Assembly: GCA_937907055.1 (NCBI GenBank)
Contig: CALCTW010000005.1
Span: 1-32,000 of the forward strand
Origin: an uncultured Clostridia bacterium
Lineage (GTDB): Bacteria; Bacillota; Clostridia; Christensenellales; Aristaeellaceae
Direction of reading: 5' to 3'
Length of the DNA stretch: 32,000 bases
Below are positions 7,769 through 16,645 of the stretch, in pieces. The position numbers were made by a program, and so were the translations under genes. The stretch's first letter is position 1. Every line of letters starts with the position of its first letter. The notes beneath the pieces were generated by a model. The model was not told where the DNA came from, made no database searches, and saw nothing but the letters and a program-made list of their open reading frames with translations.

Positions 7769-9061
7769 ATGAAGACACTTGACCTTTTGTCTTTAGTCCG
7801 TGACAGTTATGCTGCTGCGGGAAGCCCGGAAAGCGTGCTGGTCGCGTTATCCGGAGGGGCCGATTCTGTGGCGCTGATGCTTCTTTTGAAAGCATTGCGC
7901 GAGGAAGGCACACTGCCTCACTTGGAGGCGGTACATGTCAATCATGGCTTGCGGGAGAACAGCGCACAGGAAGAAAAGCGTGTGCGCCTTTTGTGTTTGG
8001 AACAGGATGTTCTGCTGCACACTGTACACGTGACAGTGAAAAACGGAAACCTGGAGGCACAGGCACGCGCCGCCCGCTATGAAGCCATTGAGACAGTCCT
8101 GCAGGAGACAGGGATCCGGTGCCTTGCATTGGCGCATCACGCGGGGGATGTCGCGGAAACAGTGCTGATGCGTTTGATCCGCGGATGCGGAGACGGTCTG
8201 TCTTCGATCCGGGAGATCTCCCACGCTCAAGGCAGTTATATGCTGTGGCGTCCGCTGCTGTCGGCGGTGCCGGAAGAACTGAAGGCTTATGATACGGCTT
8301 TGAAGATCGCATGGTGCGAGGACGAAAGCAATCAGGATACCTCCTATACGCGGAATTATATCCGCCACGAAGTGCTTCGTCCGCTGGAGGAACGCGCCGG
8401 TAATGTCCGGCGAAATATCACAAGATCCGCGCTGATCCTGCAGGATGAACAGGATCACTTTACAAAGCTGGCGATGTCCTTTCTTCAGTGTCACGCGGGC
8501 CGGGAACTGATTCCGTGGCTGGACGCGGAAGCGCTCGCCGGGCTTGATAAAGCAAGCAGACGTGCTGTGATCCGCGCGTTCACGAAGCCCTATGTTTCCG
8601 AACTTACGTTTGATGAGACGGAAGCCGCGCAGCTGCTTCAGCACGGCGGGGGCATCAATCTGCGCGGCGGATGCCGGTTGGAACGCTATGGAAGCAGGCT
8701 GTATCTGACCACAGCAGAACGACCGGAAAAGCCGTCAGGCGAGATCCTGTTTGTACCCGGCGGCAACAACGCGGTGCCGGACGGAAAGAATATGCAGCGA
8801 ATGCCCGTCTCCGTGGCGGGTCGATGTAAGCTTCGCTTCCGCAGGCCCGGGGATAAGATCATGCCCTTCGGAATGAAGGAAATGAAGTCGCTGGGGGATT
8901 ATCTGACAGACCGTAAGGTTCCGCGGCCTGTACGGGATCGATTGCCGGTCATGGCCATAGAGGATCGCGTGATCTGGGTGATCGGCGTCGGCTGTGATGA
9001 AGCCTGCCGGTGCGATGATACAGAGGAAACGGTACTGGTCACATATCAGTGCCTGGAATGA
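7769..9061 (+). CDS. tilS: tRNA(Ile)-lysidine synthetase
   Basis: PP-loop motif LVALSGGADSVAL near the N-terminus, a 430-aa protein, and the conserved Firmicutes order tilS-hpt-ftsH. Confidence 0.9.
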   Translation: MKTLDLLSLVRDSYAAAGSPESVLVALSGGADSVALMLLLKALREEGTLPHLEAVHVNHGLRENSAQEEKRVRLLCLEQDVLLHTVHVTVKNGNLEAQARAARYEAIETVLQETGIRCLALAHHAGDVAETVLMRLIRGCGDGLSSIREISHAQGSYMLWRPLLSAVPEELKAYDTALKIAWCEDESNQDTSYTRNYIRHEVLRPLEERAGNVRRNITRSALILQDEQDHFTKLAMSFLQCHAGRELIPWLDAEALAGLDKASRRAVIRAFTKPYVSELTFDETEAAQLLQHGGGINLRGGCRLERYGSRLYLTTAERPEKPSGEILFVPGGNNAVPDGKNMQRMPVSVAGRCKLRFRRPGDKIMPFGMKEMKSLGDYLTDRKVPRPVRDRLPVMAIEDRVIWVIGVGCDEACRCDDTEETVLVTYQCLE

Positions 9062-9097
9062 ACAATAGATTCAGGAAGAAGAAAGAGGGTTTATCCG

Positions 9098-9661
9098 ATG
9101 GAACGCAACGCGAATATTTATAACGATATCGACAGGATCCTGCTGGATCGGAATGAGATTGCCGAGAAGGTGCAGGAGCTTGGCAAGATCATCACGCGGG
9201 ATTATCAGGGAAAGGATCTTGTACTGATCGGTATTCTGAAGGGCGCGATGGTCTTCTTTTCCGATCTGATTCGTGAACTGGATCTGCCTCTGAATGTCGA
9301 ATTCATGGCTGTTTCTTCTTATGGCCGCAGCACCAAGAGCAGCGGTGTTGTCCGCATCCTGAAGGATCTGGACCGTGATGTGAGCGGGATGCATGTGCTG
9401 ATCGTGGAGGATATCGTGGACAGCGGCATGACGCTGAGTTATCTGAAGGAAGTGCTGAACACCCGGAACGCGGCTTCTGTTGAGATCGCTTCTCTGCTGG
9501 ATAAACCCGCTCGCCGCCGTGTGAATCTGCAGGTCAAATACAGCTGCTTTGATATTCCGGATGAGTTTGTGGTCGGATATGGGCTGGATTATGACGAAAA
9601 GTATCGTAATCTACCGGATATCGGGGTGCTGAAGCCCGCGATCTATGAAAAGGCTGAATAA
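9098..9661 (+). CDS. hpt: hypoxanthine(-guanine) phosphoribosyltransferase
   Basis: PRPP-binding motif VLIVEDIVDSGMTLSYL, downstream FVVGYGLDY motif, 187 aa. Confidence 0.93.
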   Translation: MERNANIYNDIDRILLDRNEIAEKVQELGKIITRDYQGKDLVLIGILKGAMVFFSDLIRELDLPLNVEFMAVSSYGRSTKSSGVVRILKDLDRDVSGMHVLIVEDIVDSGMTLSYLKEVLNTRNAASVEIASLLDKPARRRVNLQVKYSCFDIPDEFVVGYGLDYDEKYRNLPDIGVLKPAIYEKAE

Positions 9662-9694
9662 AGATATCAATTAAGAATTCCGGAGGAAATCGAT

Positions 9695-11584
9695 TTGCGT
9701 AGAAAGTCAAATCTTATCGGCTATCTGGTAATGCTTCTCCCGCTCGTTCTGGTCATTTTGCTGATCAGCGGTGTGGGGTCTACTGATAACAAACAGAGAC
9801 AGTATTATTCCCTGATCAAGGAGATCCAGGAAGGGAAGATCGACAAGGGCTGTATTCAGGGAAACCAGTTCTACTGGACGCAGAAGGGCAGTGACAACAG
9901 CAATTATTTCCCCGACCGTTATGATTATCATACGGTGATCGGCGGGGACTTTTATGATACTGTGACCAAGCTGACCGCCGAGAAGATGGGGAAGAGGCCG
10001 GATGAAGTCTCGGCCGCGGATTATGGCTTTGATCTGTATTACCGCGCTGTAGAGAACAACGAGTTCGTGACGATCTGGCTGCCGACACTGGTTCCCTGCG
10101 CGCTGATTATCGTGCTTTATATGATGCTGGTGCGTTCACAGAACGCGAGCAGCAACAAGGCGATGAATTTCGGTAAAAGCAAGGCGCAGCTGGTGGATCC
10201 GGCGCACAATAAGACGACCTTTGCCGATGTTGCCGGCGCAAAGGAAGAAAAAGAGGAACTGGCGGAGATCGTCGATTTCCTGAAGGATCCCAAGAAGTAC
10301 ATTGATCTGGGCGCGCATATCCCGACCGGTGTGCTGATGGTGGGCCCTCCGGGTACCGGTAAGACCCTGCTGGCCAAAGCTGTAGCCGGCGAAGCAAAGG
10401 TTCCCTTCTTCTCCATTGACGGTTCCAGTTTTGTGGAAATGTTTGTGGGCATGGGTGCCTCCCGTGTTCGAGATCTGTTTGAACAGGCAAAGCGCCGCGC
10501 GCCGGCGATCATCTTTATCGATGAGATCGATGCTGTCGGCCGTCACCGCGGCGCCGGTCTGGGCGGCGGTCATGATGAGCGCGAACAGACCCTGAACCAG
10601 CTGCTGGTGGAGATGGACGGTTTTACGACCAATGAAGGGATCATTGTTCTGGCCGCGACAAACCGCCGCGATATTCTGGATCCCGCGCTGCTGCGTCCCG
10701 GCCGTTTTGATCGTCAGGTCACGGTCAATTATCCGGATATGGAAGGTCGTGTGGAGATCCTCAAGGTGCACAGCAAAGGAAAGCCGCTGGCTGAGGGCGT
10801 GGACCTTGAAAATATCGCAAAGCGTACGCCCTACGCGACCGGCGCGGATCTTCGCAACATCATGAACGAAGCTGCCATTCAGGCTGTGCGCCGTCAGAGC
10901 ACCACGATCGAACAGAACGATATCATTGAAGCGGTCGAACGGATCCAGATGGGCCCTGAAAAGAAGAGCCATAAGGTGCTGCAGGAGGACCGCGTTATTA
11001 CCGCTTATCACGAGGCCGGCCACGCGGTGGTTGGACATTATCTGCCAAAGTGCGATGATGTGCACATGATCACGGTCGTTCCCAGAGGTCAGGCGGGCGG
11101 TTTCACGCTGGCGCTGCCTGAAAAAGAATTTGATCACTCGGGACGCGAAGAACTGCGTCAGAAGGTCGCGATGCTGCTGGCCGGACGTGCCGCGGAAAGC
11201 ATTACGCAGCAGGATATCTGCACCGGCGCGGTGAGCGATCTGAAGCGCGCGACGGAGATCGTGCGCAGCATGGTGACCAAGTTTGGCATGAGCGAAGAAC
11301 TGGGGCTGATGTATCTGGGCAGCGATCAGGAAGTTTTTGTGGGCATGGAATTCGGACAGAGCCGCGAATACAGCGACGCGACAGCTGCCAAGATCGATCA
11401 GAATGTGAAGCAGATCCTGGATGATTGCTATAAGATGGCCGCGGATGTGCTGACCGAACATGCGGACGCGCTGCACAAGGTGGCCAATCTGCTGATCGAA
11501 AAGGAAACAGTAGATCGTAAGGCATTCCTTGAGTGCCTGGGTGAAGAAGAGAAAAGTGAACGGATGAAGAGCATTAATGGATAA
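9695..11584 (+). CDS. ftsH: ATP-dependent zinc metalloprotease FtsH
   Basis: N-terminal TM, periplasmic loop and second TM. AAA+ Walker A GPPGTGKT, Walker [10 protein letters not shown], second region of homology, Zn site HEAGHAV. TTG start at 9695 lies 8 nt after GGAGG (9682-9686). Confidence 0.95.
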   Translation: MRRKSNLIGYLVMLLPLVLVILLISGVGSTDNKQRQYYSLIKEIQEGKIDKGCIQGNQFYWTQKGSDNSNYFPDRYDYHTVIGGDFYDTVTKLTAEKMGKRPDEVSAADYGFDLYYRAVENNEFVTIWLPTLVPCALIIVLYMMLVRSQNASSNKAMNFGKSKAQLVDPAHNKTTFADVAGAKEEKEELAEIVDFLKDPKKYIDLGAHIPTGVLMVGPPGTGKTLLAKAVAGEAKVPFFSIDGSSFVEMFVGMGASRVRDLFEQAKRRAPAIIFIDEIDAVGRHRGAGLGGGHDEREQTLNQLLVEMDGFTTNEGIIVLAATNRRDILDPALLRPGRFDRQVTVNYPDMEGRVEILKVHSKGKPLAEGVDLENIAKRTPYATGADLRNIMNEAAIQAVRRQSTTIEQNDIIEAVERIQMGPEKKSHKVLQEDRVITAYHEAGHAVVGHYLPKCDDVHMITVVPRGQAGGFTLALPEKEFDHSGREELRQKVAMLLAGRAAESITQQDICTGAVSDLKRATEIVRSMVTKFGMSEELGLMYLGSDQEVFVGMEFGQSREYSDATAAKIDQNVKQILDDCYKMAADVLTEHADALHKVANLLIEKETVDRKAFLECLGEEEKSERMKSING

Positions 11585-12467
11585 TCATCATTGCTTTCTT
11601 GCGGATCTTCATATGCACTCGACCGCGTCGGACGGCAGATTGACACCGTCCGAGTTAATGGAGCGCGCGGCGGCTGCCGGGTTAAAGGCGGTCGCGCTGA
11701 CGGATCATGATACGACAGCCGGGATCGACGAAGCGCGCGAAACAGCGGAAAAGCTGGGAATGGCGTTCCTTCCCGGGATCGAGATCTCGACCGGTAATGG
11801 CGGCGATATCCATGTGCTTGGTTATGGCATCGATCCCGAAAATGAAGAACTGAATGTCTTCTGCGCCCAAATGAAACAGGACCGGATCGATCGGATCCCG
11901 AAGATGATGCGAAAGCTGGCAGACATCGGTATGCCGCTTGACACGGAACGCGTGATGGCGTTGGCGAAGGGGAGCGTCGGCAGGCCGCACGTAGCCCGTG
12001 CCATGGTGGAAGCCGGTTATGTGAATGACCCACAGGAGGCTTTTGCCCGGTATCTGGGAAGCGGAATGCCCGCTTATGTGCCCCGTACTGAAGTCGCGAC
12101 CGAAGAAGCGGTCAGGCTGATCCTGAAGGCAGGTGGCGTTCCTGTGCTGGCGCATCCGGGAGATTATCCGGATGAGGCGAAACGGATACTTGAAGCAAAT
12201 GAGAAACGAGGCTGGGGGTTAAAGGGAATTGAGGTTTATTATCCTCATCACCTGGAAAACACCTTTGAACCCTGGATGACGATCGCCCGTGAAAAAGCCT
12301 TGCTCGTGACGAGTGGGAGCGATTTCCACTTTGACGGCGATGGACATCATGCGGCTGTTGGAGAAATGGCCCGATACTGGAAGACCGCGGAAGAGGATAC
12401 GGCTCTTCTGATGCAGGCGGTCAGAAACACTTTTACACAAGGAGCAGAGAATGCGTCGACCCGGTAA
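11577..12467 (+). CDS. PHP-domain phosphoesterase (TrpH/YciV-like)
   Basis: DLHMHSTASDGRLTPSEL...ALTDHDT N-terminal metal-binding motifs and a later AHPG motif. The start overlaps the ftsH stop by 8 nt. Confidence 0.85.
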   Translation: MDNHHCFLADLHMHSTASDGRLTPSELMERAAAAGLKAVALTDHDTTAGIDEARETAEKLGMAFLPGIEISTGNGGDIHVLGYGIDPENEELNVFCAQMKQDRIDRIPKMMRKLADIGMPLDTERVMALAKGSVGRPHVARAMVEAGYVNDPQEAFARYLGSGMPAYVPRTEVATEEAVRLILKAGGVPVLAHPGDYPDEAKRILEANEKRGWGLKGIEVYYPHHLENTFEPWMTIAREKALLVTSGSDFHFDGDGHHAAVGEMARYWKTAEEDTALLMQAVRNTFTQGAENASTR

Positions 12468-14130
12468 CAATCAGAACAGATATAAAAGCGGTAATGCGAA
12501 CGGCGCGGGCCCGACTTATATTCCCGGTCAGACGGGAAGCAGAGGGGTCTACGGGAATGATCTTTCGCAGTTGAAAACACAGTTCAACACACAGCAGCCC
12601 CCGGTCGGCGGAGATCCGGACGGTGATGGAAAGAAGCGGCTGAATCCGGTAGCCTTGATCCTGATCGGGGTTGTGCTGCTGATCGGGATCGCGGTCGCGG
12701 TTTTTGTGATCAGCGGGCGAAACAATACGCCGATCGATCCGGACACAACCCCCGGTCCCAACGCGTCCAACGCGCAGAAGCGCGCGTATGTACAGCAGTT
12801 TGAAGGCTGTTACGCGCATAACATCTTCATTGACGGGATCGATATCGGCGGTAAGACGATCGCGCAGGTTCAGCAGATCATGAATGAGCATATCAATCAG
12901 GTCGGCAGCGGCTGGAGCCTGAAGCTGACCTATCAGGGACATGAATTCATTGAACTGACGGATTCGCTGATTGGCATCCATTTCGATGTTGATCAGATCA
13001 CTAAGGTACTGAATGAAGCCTATACGATCGGTCACAGCGGAGATATCGAAAAAGATTATGAGGATCTGATGTCTCTGAATGAGACGCCGCGTGAGCTTTA
13101 TACGGCAAAAAGCAGTGTTGACGCGGAACTGATCCGTTCCTACCTGACGCAGATCGCGGATAACATTGCAAAGGCGCCTTCGGATGCTTATCTGGCTTCC
13201 TTCAATCCCAATCTTCCGGATCCGTTCAATATCGTGGAGGAAGTCTACGGTGTTTCTCTGGATGTGGAAAGGTGCCTGAACGAGATTATTGAAATGGCCA
13301 GTGCCGGCCGCAGCGGTACTTATATCCTGAATCCGGATTATATCCAGCCTGAGGTCACCACGGTGGATATCCGCAAGACCGTCACACTGCTGGCGACCGG
13401 TACGACTCCGGTCAACAGCGCGTCGACCGAGAACCGTACCAATAACATCCGTGTTGCCTTCTCGAAGATCAACGGACTGATCCTGAATGACGGGAAGAAC
13501 TTTTCCTTTAACTCGGTCGTCGGTAAGCGTACCACGAAAAACGGCTTCCTTGAAGCCCCGGCTTATGTTGATAATGAGACCGTTATGGAAGTCGGCGGAG
13601 GTGTGTGCCAGGCCAGCAGTACGCTGTACGCGGCTGTTGTGTGCGCTAATCTGAAGGTGACTCACCGTGAGCCGCACAGTATGGCGGTCAATTACTGCGA
13701 TTTCGGTTTTGACGCGACCGTCAACGGTGAAGGCCACGTGATCGACTTTACCTTCCAGAACAACAGTGGCGGAAAGATCTATATCACCGCGCATGTGGAA
13801 AGCACGAATACCCGTAAGCAGCCGTATAAGTGCGTGATCCGGATCTTCGGACCGGCATTTGAGGAGGGTGTCTCCTACAAGATGCGCAGCGAGGAGATCG
13901 AAACGATCATCGGTTCTGAACAGCCGCCCGTTTATAAGAGGGAAGACGGCACGCACGGCCTGACTTATACAGATGAACTGTATATGGTAAAGGAAGCTGT
14001 GGACGGTCACATCGTCGTCACCTACCGGCAGAAACTTCTGAACGGCACAGTTATCGAAGAAACGAAGATCAGCGAGGATACCTATCCCGCACAGCCGGCT
14101 GTTTATTACAGAGGCACAAAACAACGGTAA
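12451..14130 (+). CDS. VanW/YoaR-like membrane-anchored cell-wall protein
   Basis: Disordered N-terminus, one TM (ALILIGVVLLIGIAVAVFVI), VanW core FSFNSVVGKRTTKNGFLEAPAY...GGGVCQASSTLYAAV and a G5-like C-terminus. The start overlaps the PHP gene by 17 nt. Confidence 0.85.
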   Translation: MRRPGNNQNRYKSGNANGAGPTYIPGQTGSRGVYGNDLSQLKTQFNTQQPPVGGDPDGDGKKRLNPVALILIGVVLLIGIAVAVFVISGRNNTPIDPDTTPGPNASNAQKRAYVQQFEGCYAHNIFIDGIDIGGKTIAQVQQIMNEHINQVGSGWSLKLTYQGHEFIELTDSLIGIHFDVDQITKVLNEAYTIGHSGDIEKDYEDLMSLNETPRELYTAKSSVDAELIRSYLTQIADNIAKAPSDAYLASFNPNLPDPFNIVEEVYGVSLDVERCLNEIIEMASAGRSGTYILNPDYIQPEVTTVDIRKTVTLLATGTTPVNSASTENRTNNIRVAFSKINGLILNDGKNFSFNSVVGKRTTKNGFLEAPAYVDNETVMEVGGGVCQASSTLYAAVVCANLKVTHREPHSMAVNYCDFGFDATVNGEGHVIDFTFQNNSGGKIYITAHVESTNTRKQPYKCVIRIFGPAFEEGVSYKMRSEEIETIIGSEQPPVYKREDGTHGLTYTDELYMVKEAVDGHIVVTYRQKLLNGTVIEETKISEDTYPAQPAVYYRGTKQR

Positions 14131-14141
14131 AAATGAACAAT

Positions 14142-14167
14142 AAAAAAGACCCGAAAGGGTCTTTTTT
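14142..14167. terminator. bidirectional rho-independent terminator between convergent genes
   Basis: AAAAA-AGACCC-GAAA-GGGTCT-TTTTT: 6-bp GC-rich stem (14147-14152 / 14157-14162) flanked by an A-tract and a T-tract. Confidence 0.75.
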
Positions 14168-14194
14168 ATATGCGGTGCAGGGTATCGATAAGGA

Positions 14195-14944
14195 TCATTT
14201 GGCGCCGCCGGTACATTCGCCCTGCATGAGGTTGATCGTTCTTTCCAAAGCGTCCTTGCTGTTACCCCAGGGCTTATCGGCGTTCCGGTAATCAAATTTC
14301 TGGGTGAAATACTCAAGGTCGTCACGATCCTGCTGCAGGGTGTCCTTTAAGTGATCCAGCAGGAGGGAGGAGAGCGACTGAAGTTCTTCCGGAGAGCATT
14401 CCGACTTTGCAAGGGCGATCAGGGCCGCGGTATCCGGGATGCAAAGACCTTTGCTTTTTTCAAGCGCGGACCTGAAGGAGGCATCGTTCCGATACAGATG
14501 CAGGAATGTGTACAGGTATTTGGCCATCGTTTCACGGATGTCATCGCAGATCACGCATCCCTGTGAGATGGATAGCAACGCGGAACAAAGGGGATCCTCC
14601 AAAGCGGCTTCGGGATTGCCGGTCTTTTTGAAAAGAGGAAAACCGCGCTTTCTGGAAGCGGAAGAAGGGGTCAGCTTGTCCAGATTTCGCAGGGTCTCAT
14701 CCGCGTGTGAAAGCATGAGCAGCGCGAGCCCCAGTTTGTTCTTCTGACCGAGCAGGGCACGCTGATGAGCAGCGCAGAACCCCTTTTTGTTTACCTGAAT
14801 ACGGACATCCGGTTCCATGACAGAGCCGCCCAGATAGTATTCCACACGGCGGTTCTCTACTGTTTCTCTCAGGGCGCAGACCGGGCAATTACGGCCGCTT
14901 TTCATGGCATCCCATACAGGGATCGTATCAAGATGATATCTCAT
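14195..14944 (-). CDS. uncharacterised cytoplasmic Cys-rich protein (possibly DUF6062-like) with duplicated CxxC...GxCxxH/D pattern
   Basis: 249 aa with no TM. CPVC (aa 20-23) is followed by GFCAAH; a second CVIC is followed by GLCIPD. The start codon lies 3 nt after the stop of the upstream gene. The DUF assignment is from memory and unverified. Confidence 0.7.
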   Translation of the reverse strand: MRYHLDTIPVWDAMKSGRNCPVCALRETVENRRVEYYLGGSVMEPDVRIQVNKKGFCAAHQRALLGQKNKLGLALLMLSHADETLRNLDKLTPSSASRKRGFPLFKKTGNPEAALEDPLCSALLSISQGCVICDDIRETMAKYLYTFLHLYRNDASFRSALEKSKGLCIPDTAALIALAKSECSPEELQSLSSLLLDHLKDTLQQDRDDLEYFTQKFDYRNADKPWGNSKDALERTINLMQGECTGGAK

Positions 14945-14947
14945 AGA

Positions 14948-16492
14948 TCAATTGGTCTGACGGGCAGGCGAGCCGCATTTTGTGCAGGGACTGAGCGCTT
15001 TGTACTGGTCGTTATTGACCTCAAAGTAGTAGAACTGTTGCAGCGCGCGGCGTGCCGTAGAGTCCATCGAGGTGCATTGCTTATCAATATGATAGTAGCT
15101 TCCGCCGTTCGGATTGTAGTAAAGGATCATATTGGGATTGGCGGTCGGCTTCGGGGTCGGGGTGGGAGCCGGGGTCACGATATCCAGTTTGCCTTCGGCC
15201 TGCAGGGCTTCAACAGTGACCAGAACGCCGGAGAGGGAATCCGGATCGATGTACCAGGTGGAGTTGACCTTGAGCATCAGGACCGTATAACGGTAATATA
15301 CATCAGAGGAGTCGAACACCTTTCCTTTGACCAGCATGGTAATGGTGCGGGAACTATCGGCTTCACTGCCGTCGGTTTTTTCGATAGAATACTGAAGCGG
15401 CGTGATATCGCCTAACTTATGGAACAGTGTGACTTCGGCATTCTGCTGCTGTGTGACCCAGTCGGGACGGCAAAGCTGGATACAATCGGCATACTGCTTC
15501 TGAGCCCACTTGCTCATAAACAGTTCAAGCTGATGCTTGGCGGCAGAGGTGGTGGTATTGGCGGTGGCGGTCGGTTCGTTTGTCACCTGAATCACAGCAG
15601 GCTGTTGTGTAACGTCAACGGGGACAGGCTGTTTGTTGCTGTTCGAGGTAGAGCAGCCGTTGGCGACAGTGGAGATCAGGAACATGCCGATCAGAATGAG
15701 GATGAAGGCACAGTAGATGTAAGTGAAACGCTTCCGCCAGCTTTCGTTGAAAGCCTTGAGGAGGTACATGACACCGATGAAACCGCCGATGACGAGCGCC
15801 GCGATCAGGCAGGGGAGCGTTTGCATCAGCGTGCCCTTCAGGGTGACCACCAGAATGAAAGCGATCAGGAATAGCAACGGAAGACCGACTGTGAAAGCGA
15901 TGAGCAGCCAGAGGGGACCGTTGAGATCGCTGTTGCCGAGTTTCTTTTCAAATCTGGGCTGCTGCTTCAGGGGTGGCTCGTTGGCCTGAGGCGCGTAAGT
16001 GTAGGGGATCTGCGCCGCTGGCTGCTGCTGCGGCTGAGGCTGCTGATACTGTTGCTGTGCCTGAGCTGCGCGCATGGCTTCCATCTGGGAATAAGCGGCC
16101 TGTTCCTGCAGGAAGGCCTGCTGGCGGTATCCGGGCTCCTGCCTGGGACCGGTGGCGGGCTGAGCAGCATACGGGACATACGCGGGCTGATTATACACAG
16201 GCATGCTCTGCACAGGCTGGTTATACACGGGCATTCCCTGTACAGGCTGATTATAAGCAGGCTGACCATAGCCGGGCTGCTGGGGATAGGCCTGCTGCAT
16301 GTAGGGATCAGCGCCGTTGAACGCAGCCGGATTCACATTCTGCTGAGAGGGCTGCTGATAAGGCTGATTATTCGCGGGGACAGGCTGCGCCTGTTCGGCG
16401 GGCTGTTCTTTTTTGAGTATATTACGGGTCTGACGCATCGCTTCAGGACCATACATCGGAGATGAAGAATAACGATTTTTGTTAGAACTCAT
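14948..16492 (-). CDS. Pro/Gln-rich membrane protein with an extracytoplasmic domain and a C-terminal H/C3 module
   Basis: I prefer ATG 16492 (MSSNKNRY..., GGGGGA upstream). About 190 aa of low-complexity P/Q/Y-rich sequence, three predicted TM helices, an exported globular region, a PT-rich linker (TPAPTPTPKPT) and the terminal module ILYYNPNGGSYYHIDKQC...SPCTKCGSP. Confidence 0.75.
   Translation of the reverse strand: MSSNKNRYSSSPMYGPEAMRQTRNILKKEQPAEQAQPVPANNQPYQQPSQQNVNPAAFNGADPYMQQAYPQQPGYGQPAYNQPVQGMPVYNQPVQSMPVYNQPAYVPYAAQPATGPRQEPGYRQQAFLQEQAAYSQMEAMRAAQAQQQYQQPQPQQQPAAQIPYTYAPQANEPPLKQQPRFEKKLGNSDLNGPLWLLIAFTVGLPLLFLIAFILVVTLKGTLMQTLPCLIAALVIGGFIGVMYLLKAFNESWRKRFTYIYCAFILILIGMFLISTVANGCSTSNSNKQPVPVDVTQQPAVIQVTNEPTATANTTTSAAKHQLELFMSKWAQKQYADCIQLCRPDWVTQQQNAEVTLFHKLGDITPLQYSIEKTDGSEADSSRTITMLVKGKVFDSSDVYYRYTVLMLKVNSTWYIDPDSLSGVLVTVEALQAEGKLDIVTPAPTPTPKPTANPNMILYYNPNGGSYYHIDKQCTSMDSTARRALQQFYYFEVNNDQYKALSPCTKCGSPARQTN
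16184..16260. repeat. imperfect 30-nt tandem repeat (about 2.6 copies) inside the P/Q-rich coding region
   Basis: Units at 16184-16213 and 16214-16243 match at 25 of 30 positions, and a third partial unit starts at 16244. On the minus strand they encode QPVQGMPVYN / QPVQSMPVYN / QPAY. Confidence 0.6.
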
Positions 16493-16527
16493 AGATCCCC
16501 CTGAAATCAAATGGAAATGCACCGAAA

Positions 16528-16536
16528 ATTATAGCA
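16528..16536 (-). promoter_or_regulatory. extended -10 element (TGCTATAAT) upstream of the P/Q-rich protein gene
   Basis: Minus strand reads TGCTATAAT (complement of 16528-16536), about 36 nt upstream of ATG 16492. The -35 element is weak (TTTTCT). Confidence 0.35.
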
Positions 16537-16645
16537 TGAGATCAGCAAATAGAAAAGAAAAAACTGATAATTTATTAAGAAACGATGAAGAAAATGACCG
16601 GGTTCATAATTTTTTCGGGTGTGATGCCGTAAGAATAACAGTTTT

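Noticed and set aside
10136-11476. 446-aa minus-strand ORF opposite ftsH
   Set aside because: It is antisense to the AAA+/M41 core of FtsH and has shadow-ORF composition.
12451-14130. VanW gene as a vancomycin-resistance locus
   Set aside because: No vanH/A/B/X ligase-dehydrogenase-dipeptidase genes and no vanRS are present. The architecture matches housekeeping YoaR-like proteins.
12433-14325. 630-aa minus-strand ORF opposite the VanW gene
   Set aside because: It runs antisense through the whole VanW gene, across the bidirectional terminator and into the next gene. It has no recognisable domain, whereas the plus-strand frame carries the VanW core motif.
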